This document shows positions 12,198 through 23,075 of a stretch of 64,000 bases of DNA, piece by piece. The notes beneath the pieces were generated by a model. That model had not been told where the DNA came from and did not search any database. It saw only the letters and a program-made list of their open reading frames with translations. Both the position numbers and the translations under genes were made by a program. Position 1 is the stretch's first letter; each line of letters starts with the position of its first letter. Source of the DNA: Lama glama (lineage: Eukaryota); the NCBI GenBank assembly GCA_028534125.1, contig CM052817.1, positions 83,454,001 through 83,518,000 on the forward strand, in the 5' to 3' direction.

Positions 12198-13374
12198 TGT
12201 TCTAGTTATCTATTTCTTTAAAAAATCACTGCAAATTGGATTGTCTTAACAACAGTCATCTTATTATTTCCACTGGTTTCTGTGGGTCAAGAATTTAGGG
12301 AAGGCTCATAGGGTGGTTCTGGCTTGGGGCCTCTCATGAATTTCATGTGTTATATGATGCTTTAGAACTTTCTTACAAAGAATATTCTAGCCCTGTCTAT
12401 CCCATGGGTCTGTGTTCCTTTTTAAAGTTGAGAACAGCTTGCTATCTGAAAAGACTACTCTGAATCCTTTGCATTTTCTATGAGTTTCATTCAAAATGGA
12501 TTAATTTGTTCACTAGTTCATCACCTTCCTCTTTTATTGTATTATGAGCAGCAAGAAAAAGTCAGATCATTGAGTTCATTAGGCACACAGTCTCTGTTCC
12601 ACATTCACGCAGACAAGAATTGTGCTAAATTTTCTGCCAATACATACGGGGGTCCCCTTTCTCCAACTTCCACTTATGTTCTTTTCATTTTGCTTTAAGC
12701 CTTCATAGACAGTATTCTTGAGGCCCTTCTGCTAACACTCTTCTCAAGTTTCTTCCAGCTTTCACTAACATCCTCACTAGGTGCTTCTGGATTTTACTAT
12801 CTCTTCCTAAAGGATTCTGTCCACTTTAGGTTTTTTGTTATGTCAGCACTCCATTTGTGTATCAAATTCTGCTCCAATTATCTATTGCTACATGGTAAAT
12901 CACCCCAAAATGTACTTGCTTAAAACAACAACAATCATTGTATTATCTTTTGTGATTTCTGTGGCTCAGAAATTCAGAAAGGAATCAGTTTTTGATTCTG
13001 GCTGAGTCACTCATTTGTAGTCACACAAATGTAGTTCCTCTATGTGCTTTTTCCATGTAGGCTAATTTCGGCTCCCTCACAGCACAGCAGTATCGGGGGA
13101 TGGGGTTAGCTTCCATGGTCTGACTTTTCCAGAGCAGTCATCCCAAGAGAACCAAATAGAAGCTTATGGCCTGGCCTGTTCTTTGCTAATATCGTAAGTC
13201 ATGCAAAGTCACCTCAACTGGATTCTGTTTGTGAAGCAATTACAATCCTACCCAAATTCAGATTGAGGGAGCTAATTAGACTCCATCTTTTTATGGGTGA
13301 ATCGCAAGGTTCTAAAAGTATACGTGGTATGGGTGTTATTTTGCACCCATTTTTCAAAAATACAATCTGCTACA
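12198..13374 (-). mobile_element. MaLR (MLT1-type) provirus remnant: partial LTR, internal piece and full LTR
   Basis: Two homologous LTR ends (tgttctagttatctatt ~12198; tgctccaattatctattgct ~12870); MaLR internal/LTR junction agcactccatttgtgtatcaaattc|tg; terminus tacaatctgctaca. Confidence 0.72.
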
Positions 13375-14559
13375 TAGTAATACTTTTAGACTTCATTCCA
13401 CATGGTTTCTTTTTCTAGCTAGTTTTAAGTGAGGAGCAAAACACACCATCAGCCATTAGAACAGGAACCCAGTTGAGGTGGGAGGGAAGGGGCCATCATT
13501 TAACACTAGGTAACCATGGTGTTTTGTTTTTTAACCATAACTTCATAATCATAATCTTCACTAGTATACGAAATTAGTTTTTCAGTGTATACTTTGAAGG
13601 AACCCATGCTTCTTTTTTCTTGAAAATGTCTGTTAATAAATATGATTATTTTGTTATTCTTCTGTAAAATGCTAGACTATGTTGCTTTTGTGCAGCCTTA
13701 ATTCCTCTACAATGAATGGTGTAAAATATTAAACACCTGTTTCTTCACTCATTTTTCATACATATAGCAATATATATAAATCTTTCTTTTAAATAGCTTT
13801 ATCAATACGCCAAATAACAACAATACTCATATTTGATTGGCAGGTTTAAAAGTCATTTTTTTAAACATTTTTTGCATTGATCAAATGGTCTAGTGAAAAT
13901 TATTATTTTTCACTATTGGAAAGAAATCAAAACTCTTTTCAATTTAACTTTATCCCCTTGAATGGTATGTTACCTGCTGGAAACTTAAGATTGATTATAT
14001 TTTCAGTGATTCCAACACCCCCATGTGTCAGTATGTATTGCCATCGCATAATTAGGAGAAAGACAAATATATGAAAATAAATTTAATAAGCCATTTAATA
14101 CATTTGATACCATATATATACATGTACATAACTCACGCCTGCTTTGAAGAGTTATTAATAAAATGATACTGTAGCCCCTAGAAAGAGGGACCAGTCCATC
14201 ACACATGGTGTGGTTTGTGAGTCTGGCTATTTGGGGAAGCAGGCCTTCTTAACTCACTCCTGTTATCGACACAACGCCCCATTTGCGTTTACAGCTGAGA
14301 GACAAATATAATCAGACAGTGTGAGTATCTCTTGTCTCTGTGACTAAAGTGACCTTTTCTGGAACTGAATATACTCTGGATTTTTTTGGACAGTCCAATT
14401 CTAATTGTTGTGTCTCATGAGTATGTTTATATATGTCTTCATTGCTGATGGAAAAAGTAGTCCCATATGTACAGGTCTTCTGTGCTAACATCTCTAACAA
14501 GTCCTATACCAACACATAAACATCAATCGAGGTGAAAATACAACGTGGCAGCCTTGAAT

Positions 14560-14870
14560 TGAAAACAGCATGGACGTTGGAGTCAAAAAGACCAGTGTTC
14601 AAATCCCTACTGGCTCACATATTATCTCTGGAATCTTCAGCGAATTCCTTCTCTCTGAGCCTTTGTTACCTTGGTTGTAGTAATGGTTTCACAGGTGTTT
14701 GAGTATGTTCAAATCCATCAAACTGTATGCATTAAATATGTGCAGCTCTTTGTATACTAATAATATTTCAATAAAGCTGTTTAATAATTAATATATGGTA
14801 TAATATACCTACCTCAAAAAGTAAATTGGGGAATCTAAGCAAGGCTATAAAGTGCATGATCCATGAGTAG
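14560..14870 (+). mobile_element. MIR interrupted by an old L1 3' end (~14670-14785)
   Basis: ttggagtcaaaagaccagtgttcaaatcc (MIR head); catcaaactgtatgcattaaatatgtgcag...aataaagctgtt (L1 tail). Confidence 0.7.
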
Positions 14871-16704
14871 TCTGGAAGCTGTTTTTTAGTAGTAAAGGTT
14901 TAGCTTTATTTACTTGGGTAATTACAGGGTTCTAAGAAATGTCAAGAGAAAAGAGGAAGAATTGGAAGTATAATTGGACAAGAGAGAGGGTCTTTTCTTA
15001 AAATAATTTTGCTTTCCTTCAAAAGCAATAGAATGTATTTCCTGAGAAACAGAGACTGCTAAGGCAGGCTAACTAAGGGAGAATTTTAGCTTTAGCTCTT
15101 TGACAACAAGGCCTGGATTCCAACTCCAACCTTTGTACAGCTGACTAGTTAGGGTTCATACCCATTCTAATGCAAACACATGAAAACAATTAAACAGCTA
15201 AATTCCAGCCTGGCTTCTCAATACTATGGCTTATTTAGCTCTTAGCAGGGGATGTTACTGTGGCCAAAAAACCTGGTTTACCACAGAGTGATTTCTGCAG
15301 AGAATGTAAAATCATATCAGCAGGTTTGTTACAAATCACATTTTGGCAGTAGAATAAAGCTTGAATATTCAATTGGCAGTGTGTATGTGTACCTCCTGTA
15401 TGACCACGTCTACTCTAGAAGATTAAAGTGGAAGATTAAAAATAGCCTTGATAATTTGGACAAGAGGAACAATAATAAAACCTCCTATTAATTCATGGAG
15501 AAAAATGCTGATGGTTCTAATATTTGAATTATATTAACTCAAATAATTTGAACACCCAGTTCTCACTTATATTTACAGATAAGTTTATCAATATATTTAA
15601 AGGAAATTGCCTAACTTTCCACTTCTTTCATCTTGTTTGATACAGCTCAATATTATGGAATTGGCAGAATTAAAATCTTCCAAAGACACCATTTACCAGT
15701 CTGAAGCCTACACGCGTAAATCCAGCTAAAAATACAGGTAGAATAATTTCATTTCTTTTTTTGTTTAGTTTTTACATTTGATTGGCTTCCTCATTTTTTT
15801 CTTTCTTAATTTTTTAGTTTTTTATTGAAGTATAGTTTAATTTTTATAAACCAAGGTAGAATCCTTTTTAAAAGATACAGTAGTTGTAGAATCTCTAGAT
15901 AATCAAAATGGCAATTTATTTTTAATCATATAAAAATTATGCACTTCATATCCAGCTGTCATGGAGCAATTGAGAAATTACTTTGAGGTTAAGCTTAAGT
16001 ATGAATAAGTAATATAATAATATATCCTAAAGTTTTATGTCATATGTGTGATTTTTTTTATTCATTCTAAAAATACCTGTGTGATGTGGATAAAGGCAGT
16101 TTGTCTCCAGGCTATGAAAATAATTACTGAATAAAAACAGAAATGAAAGGAATAAAATATTACAAATGTTTAGAAAATCAGTAAGGACATATTCCAAAAC
16201 TTTCATATTAAAAATGAGAGAGAGAGAATCTTTGCTTTGGAAATCTCAGATTACAACCATTCAGCATATTCAAACTCATGAAGACCACTGTGTGTTGATT
16301 CCATATTTTTCATGTCATGATCTTCTCAGGTAAGTTAGCCTCAAATGATTATATTCTTTTCTAAAATAAATAATTTCCTATATTCTTAGAGCTAGCACTT
16401 GCTAAGGAGAGAAGAATGAATGAGTAAGTGAAAGAATTCCACAATATCTATAAACATCAGGGTCTTCAAAATGGAAATGAAGAAAAAGAAATTTAGTCTC
16501 TCTCTCCAAGTTAGTAACCTGAAAATCAATCTTTGCTCATAAAATAGTACCACAGAATCCGTTTCCAGGAACTTTATATAAATCATTTTTTTTCTTGTGA
16601 GTAGAGTCTTGCTTCTGTGTTCTATCATCATATAAGTCACCAATCCATTAGGCTTCATAAGCTTATCCATGACCGTTGTATGAGAAGTTAGACCTTTTTA
16701 TGGA

Positions 16705-16820
16705 AATTTTTTGTGTTATAACATATATAACAAAATTTGCTATTTTAACCATTATTACGTATAAAATTTAGTGGCATTAACTGCATATACAGTGTTGTGC
16801 AACCAACATCACTATCTGTT
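16705..16820 (-). mobile_element. Old L1 (L1MB-like) 3' end
   Basis: ttttaaccatt...aatttagtggcattaa...cagtgttgtgcaacca. Confidence 0.7.
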
Positions 16821-17437
16821 TGATTTACACAGAGGAGTATAAGAAGAGCCAAGATTTTTCTTAGAAAGCAATTCTGCAGGAATCAGTGCTGAATGTTAAT
16901 GTTATTCCTTCATTGTCCAAGGCTCTCGAAGCTCCACTTTCTGGGTTAATGACTTACCTAAGTACATGTTAGGTATCTGCAAATTTGGAACATCATGCTT
17001 TCCAAACATACCAAACTTCACTACCAGTTTCAATTAAAAGGGATTTCAAGAGTGTGAGGTATTGGATAATCTAAAGTTGGTGTGAATCAGAGGTCATAAC
17101 AGTTATCTCCAACAAGCCTTCTTTCTCTATAGGAAGAAAATCATGATAAAAGGTACAGAAAGTAAAATATTCCTTTTTCTCAAAAAACTAATTTTTTTGT
17201 TAGAAGATAAAGATGATCTTCTATTCAGGCAAGGAAACTGGTTAGATTTTCTCTCTTTTTTTTTTTTTCAAGAAAATGTCAAATTTACCTTTTGCTCTTT
17301 TTTTTCTCTTTTGGTTGATTTCTAAGTATACGGATCTGCTCTTAATTAAGAACACAGAACACATGAACTTAAGTTCCTTGCCAGAAAATGGAGCCTCAGA
17401 TTGGCTACTGTCCAATTTTTATCAAAAGCTAAGCAGC

Positions 17438-17440
17438 AAA

Positions 17441-17497
<57 letters not shown>
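17438..17497 (+). repeat. A12 followed by (TA)n microsatellite
   Basis: Read directly from the sequence. Confidence 0.95.
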
Positions 17498-17498
<1 letters not shown>

Positions 17499-17817
17499 CA
17501 TTACTGAAAGGACATACAATCCATTCATTCCATGAGAAGTTTTAAATTTTGTTCTTGTGTGTCAAGATAATATTTGAAGATATTAAACCAAAGTTTCCAT
17601 CATCCCACAACCAGTTTTCCAGCACTCTGTTTCAACACTGAGGCAACAGCAATAGCTTTCTATGTGAACTGCTCCTGGACTAGAGCATATACAGAAAGAA
17701 AATAGAGTCAAATTCTTGGCTGTTGAGTTCACAAGTAGACTCTTGTAAATCTATGGCATGTTCTGACTCTCGATGTCACTAGCAATATGAATGAAATAAA
17801 AGGGTGTTTTGAATTAA

Positions 17818-17831
17818 ATATATATATATTT

Positions 17832-17874
<43 letters not shown>
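17818..17874 (+). repeat. Interrupted (TA)n microsatellite containing a 32-bp palindrome
   Basis: atatac(at)10gtatat at 17843-17874. Confidence 0.9.
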
Positions 17875-18029
17875 CACCTTCCCTTAAAATATCAAAATCC
17901 AGAACCTAGTATATATACCATGAATATAGAGTAAGGAAGCATGTTTGATAATATAAAATCAAATTTTGGCCCCCAAAGTGATAAAAATCCAGCAAAAGGG
18001 AGGAAGAAAAAGATCAGAGAGTATGTAGC

Positions 18030-18470
18030 CAGGTGTTAGATCCTAACGGGTACATGAGAAAGGACCCCAGTACTCTGCTCCCCAGTCATAGTTGAATCTA
18101 GAAGCTAAGCCTGCTCAGTATACTGTGCTGCTATAGAACTCTGTGAAAGACTGTTGACTCTTTGAAGCTCCTGCCCTAGAAGCTTACAGCAAAGCTGTGG
18201 TGGGCCAGCCTGGGGCTGCTGTTGGTTCGTAGGCCGGGCAGTTGGAAAAGAGAGCTGGAAGAGAAATGAGGAAGCAGGAGGATAAGCTGAAAACTGCTGG
18301 CATCTTGGCATCTGTCTTCACTGCCTCTGACCAATAATAGCTTTCCAAGTATAATGGATGCTGCTTTCACTTCTGCCTCCTAGACCTCCTGCAGCTTCCC
18401 TTATGGCCAATTAGAACCTGCCAGTGAAGCATAGTTTACAGCATAGCAAGTCCACAATAGAAGAATCTAG
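18030..18470 (-). mobile_element. Old ERVL/MaLR-type LTR (family uncertain)
   Basis: ctgctttcacttctgcctcc...tggccaattagaacc...catagttt resembles antisense old MaLR/ERVL LTR ends. Confidence 0.5.
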
Positions 18471-18639
18471 TGTAAGATTACTGAGGGTCAAAGTGAGAGT
18501 AAAAGGCTGGGTTAAGCAAGGATACACATGAAAAGGAAGAAAGAAAGCATTCCAGTGGTTGGAGGAGGGGGAAGCAAAGAGAAAGAAAGCATTCCAGATG
18601 AAGCAACAGAATGACCAAAGGCACAAAGGTGGAATAAAC

Positions 18640-20220
18640 ATAGTGTGTCTTCTGGTGTCTTCTGGCCCTCCACTCCGTGGCAAAGAGTGACCTAGATGTG
18701 ATGTCTCCTGACCTTCTACCAATGGCAGGAAGTACTTTCCTCCTGCAAAAGCAAAGATTGAGCAGGAAGCACACTGGACTGACCAAATGATAGGCCAGAT
18801 AAAATATTGCTCTCTGTCCCATGGGTCCACCATTCTCCATTCACCACCTAGGCTTGGTCCAGTCAACCTGGAGTCTTATGAGAAATAATAAACAAATGCT
18901 GGGTTTCGTTAAAGGGCTTTTTTTTTTTTAGAGAAATTTCAGATTTACAGCAAAATTGAGAGGATGACACAGAGATTCCCATATACCCTTTGGCCCCCCA
19001 CATGCATTGCCTCCCCCATTATCAGCATCTCTCACCAGAGTGGTACATTTGTCATAACTGATGAACCTGCCTTGACACATTATAATCACCCTAAATCCAT
19101 AGTTTACATTAAGATTCTCTCTTGCTGTTGTGCCTTCTATGGGTTTAGACAATGTGTAATGACATATATCCTTCATATAATATCATACAGAGTATTTTCA
19201 CAGCCCTAAAAATCCTCTGTGCTCTGCCTGTTCATCCCCGCCACCATCAGCGCGCGCACACACACACACACGCACACTCTCCTGGCAGCAGCTGATCTTT
19301 TTGTTGTCTCCCTAGTTTTGCCTTTTCCAGAATGTCATACAGTTGGAATCACATAGTAAGTAGCCTTTTCAGATTGGCTTCTTTCACTTAGTAATACGCA
19401 TTCGTTTCCTCCATGACTTTTCATGGCTTGATAATTCATTTCTTTTTAGTGCTGAATAATATTCTGTTGTCTGGATGTACCCAAGATGTGTTTATCTATT
19501 TACCTACTGGAGGACATATTGATTGCTTCCAAGTGTTGGCAGTTATGAATAAAGCTGCTATAAACATCCTTATGCAGGTTTATGTGTGGACATAAAATTT
19601 AAACTCCTTTGATTAAATAAATACCAAGGAGCATGATTGCTGGATCACATGGTAAGAGTATGTTTAGTTTTATAAGAAACTGCCAAACTGCCTTCTAAAG
19701 TGGTTGTAGCATTTTGCATTCCCACCAGCGGTGAGTGAGAGTTCCTGTTGTTCCACATTCAAATCAGCATTTGGTGTTGCCAGTGTTCTGGATTTTGGCG
19801 GTTCTAAACGGTGTCTAGTGGTATCTCATTGTTGTTTTAATTTGCATTTCCCTGATGACATAGGATGTGAAACCATTTTTCGTATGCTGTTTGCCATCTA
19901 TTTGCCATGTGTCTGCTTGGGTCTTTGGCCCATTTGTAAAACAGGTTGTTTGCTTTCTTATTGTTGAGTTTTAAGAGTTCTTGTATGTTTTGTATAGCAG
20001 TCCTTTATCAGATGTGTCTTTTGCAAATATTTTCTTCCACCTTATAGCTTGTCTTCTAATTCTCTTATTGTCTGTCACAGAGCAGAAATTTTTTAATTTT
20101 AATGAAGTCCAGCTTATCAACTCTTTTTTTTCACAGATCACATCTTTGTTGTATAACAAATGCTGTTTTAAGACACTGCATTTTTTGAGTGGTATGTTGT
20201 GCACAGTAGTTAACTCATAC
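18640..20220 (+). mobile_element. MLT1-type LTR split by an L1 insertion
   Basis: ...atgagaaataataaacaaatgctg at 18880-18901 resumes at 20155 as aacaaatgctgttttaagacactgca...gttaactcatac (MLT1 3' end). Confidence 0.6.
18916..20154 (-). mobile_element. L1MC-like 3' end (ORF2 C-terminus and 3'UTR)
   Basis: Poly-T, accagagtggtacatttgtcataactgatgaacc, and ORF 19971..20204 resembling L1 ORF2 (WKKIFAKDTSDKGL); TSD-like aacaaatgctg at 18891 and 20155. Confidence 0.85.
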
Positions 20221-20457
20221 TCACCTCAAAATCCATGACTAAACACCCTGAATTCATCAACTTTATCGCTGTGAAAAATATACTTCCCCTTTCTTATTTT
20301 CTATTTTGTTTATCCAGTTATCTAAGTGTAAAATCTAGGAGTCATCTTTCTGCCTTCCCACTCTTCATTTATCTTATTCTGTAGGAAAAAGAGAGCTGCT
20401 GAAAGATTTTAAGTGGGGGAGGAAACAAACAGATTTTTACTGTAGAAAGATCTATAC

Positions 20458-21260
20458 TGGCAGTTTTCAAAGTGTGGCCCAAGAAGCCCTTGGGTCCTCA
20501 AGACCATTTCAGAAGGTTTTCAAGTTCAAAAATATTTTCATAATAATATTTATTGTTCACTCTTACTTTTTATGATTGTACACTGGAGGCTTACCGAGGC
20601 TATGTGACATCACAACAGACTGAATGTAGAAATAGATATATGAAACAGACTCACAGACATAGAATACAGACTTGTGTTTGCCAGGGGGCAGAGGGGTGGG
20701 AAGGGATAAACTAGGAGTTCGAGATTTATAGATGCTGACTGGTATTTGTAAAATAGGTAAATAAGTTATTACTGTATAGCACGGGGAAATATACTCAATA
20801 TCTTGTTGTAGCTCATGGTGAAAAAGAATATGAAAATGAATATATGTATATTCATATATGACTGAAAAATGGTGCTGTACACCAGAAATTGACACAACAT
20901 TGTAAACCGACTATAACTCAATAAAAAAATATATATATGAACATAAAAAAAGAAATAGATAAGTGAATCCATCTTCTACTAAATCAAACATGATAGTCCT
21001 GCAAAAAAATAAAAAGCAATGCCACTCTTCTCACTAAATTTTATCTTGTAAAATATATTTTTCATAAAAATGTGTTATTTATGTTAACATGTAATGTGAT
21101 TATTTTTATCTTTAAATTTTTAATTTAATTTTAAAGTTCCTCAGTGTTAATTTTCAGTATATTAAGTATTTCTGTCACCCACATAAGCAAAAGCTTTTTG
21201 GGGTCCTCAATAATTTTTGAGAGCATAAAGGAGCCTTGAGATCAAAAAAAAAAACTACTT
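20458..21260 (+). mobile_element. hAT Charlie1-family non-autonomous DNA transposon (interrupted by L1)
   Basis: Start cagttttcaaagtgtggccc...aaaatattttcataataat; end aaagctttttggggtcctcaataatttttgagag... Confidence 0.75.
20639..20950 (+). mobile_element. Young L1 3'UTR with TSD
   Basis: aacagactcacagacatagaa...gactataactcaataaaaaaa; 11-bp TSD agaaatagata at 20628-20638 and 20951-20961. Confidence 0.9.
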
Positions 21261-21269
21261 ATCTAGACT

Positions 21270-21830
21270 ATAGGCAATATGGTAGATGTTTTCAAAAAGT
21301 GCCAAATTATTAGCAAGAAGGTAAGTAAGAAGCCAGTTGGATACTTTCAAAGTGAAAGCTGTGCTAACATAAACAATAGCAATGTAGATGGGCAGGAAGA
21401 GATGGAGTAAAAGAGGTGTTAAGGAGGTAGAATCAAGAGGCCATAAGAGTTAAAAGTATTTGTGGAGGATAAAGGAATGGGGAGACTCTAGGATCACTCC
21501 TGGGTTTCTGGCTTAGGAAACCACCCACTGAAAAACTACAGCTTATTTTTAAAGTCCAAGGTCTTCTCCTCTGTGAAGCCTTTATTGACCTACCCAAGTT
21601 TGGTGTCACACAATGGCCTAAAATCTAACTCCAGTCTTATACCTGCCCCACTGATTACAGTCATTTGTCTGAATGCCTGTACCTGCTACTGGACTTGAGT
21701 TTCCTGAAGCTAGAGATAATGTCTTACTCACTTATGTCCTCGGTGCCTCCACAGTGCCTGCCATGTATAATAGGCACTCAACAGATGTCAGATGAGTGTA
21801 TTATAGGTACAAAAATGATTGATTCATCCC
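21270..21830. mobile_element. L2 fragments in both orientations
   Basis: aggaggtagaatcaa...actcctgggtttctggctt (minus); cacagtgcctgccatgtataataggcactcaa (plus 3' end). Confidence 0.7.
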
Positions 21831-22222
21831 TACCCTTTCTACTTACCAGAAAGTGTCTTGTCTTGGTCCACTAGCTTCCCTACCACTTTGACCCATTAAA
21901 ATGAGTTCAGTTTTGCCAGAAGTTCCCGGATTTTGAGAAAGAGAGGACAAACTGGAAAGGCAAAAAGAGAAGACCAAGAAAAAGTAAGAGACAGAGAGGC
22001 AGGTTTGGGAGAGAAATATTGGGGACTTAGCATAAACAGAGGCAGCAGGAATGCGAAGGGACATGAGAGAACAAGGAAGAAGATAGAAGGCTTCTAGAAG
22101 GAGTTCTAAGGGTTCATAACTAAGGGTTATGAACTTGTCATTGACTTAATATTCTTAAGGAGGCCCAAATAAATGTGGGAATTACTTTGTAATTACTTTT
22201 GGTTGCTAGACTGTTTCTTTAA

Positions 22223-23075
22223 TGTAGTACTGTGCCAAAACTAGGCCATATGGGGCTTAGGAATTTATTTGGATTATAAATGAAGCATTCATGCATGAAC
22301 CAATTTAACATGAGATATTTTCCACTGAAAGACTTATGTTTCATAGTACTTTGTGTGAATTTTTGTTAAGCACGTACAGAGTCTTCGGTTTCAACCTAAG
22401 CTGTTGCCTCTGCTAGGATTCAGACATGTCTGGGCATGTCTGATGAGGTAGTGGTAGCCCACAAGTGTCTATTAACACAAATTGATCTGCCGAGGGGTGC
22501 AGAGCGGCTGCAAGGAATAGGACTTTTCAAGGCACACTGTGGGAGACATCTGAGATTTGAAGGGAACAACATGGTGGCTATCATCCTCAGGACTCAGAGA
22601 CTCATGTTTGAGCTCTAAGGAGAGAGAGATGCTATCAGCAAAAACCAGGGGGGAAACATGTTTTCCCAAAGGACCTTAAGAGACACCATCTAAGACCCTC
22701 TTTGTGTGCCTGCTGACAAAATATATTGTGTGTGGAACACAGCTTGTTCCTGGACCTGGGTCAATTGCAGGACATGCAACTCTACGTGGTCCCTGAAGCT
22801 TGCAGCTTTGGGAGCTTCAGAAGTATAGTGACAGGAGGCAGCAACTGCTCGCAGATATTTCCTTAGGTAGAAGACATCATTGAGCAGAAGGGCTATCTAC
22901 AAGTGCATAGGAGATGCCCCTTAAAGATACCCTAAAAATATACTTGGCAGGGAGTTTTCAGGAGGCCAAGGTTCTCACAAGTCAATAAAATTTGAGTTGT
23001 TAGAGTTAATGTGACCTCATCTGTACCCACCAGTTTCTAACACAAACCATGTGATGACACAAGCCTAGCACCACA
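22223..23075 (+). mobile_element. Old solo LTR (Gypsy-like MamGypLTR/LTR8x or ERVL; family uncertain)
   Basis: GC-richer ~850 bp block that begins TGT, carries AATAAA at ~22984 and ends ...CA, in AT-rich flanks. Confidence 0.5.
22422..22441. promoter_or_regulatory. Perfect p53/p63/p73 response element (two RRRCWWGYYY half-sites, zero spacer)
   Basis: AGACATGTCT GGGCATGTCT: 20/20 consensus match, both cores CATG. Confidence 0.8.

Noticed and set aside
18105..18866. Cluster of overlapping minus-strand ORFs
   Set aside because: They lie within old LTR sequence and show no splice structure or recognisable homology
22444..22465. TGAGGTAGT resembling the let-7 5' end
   Set aside because: Only 9 nt match, the rest diverges, and there is no pre-miRNA hairpin
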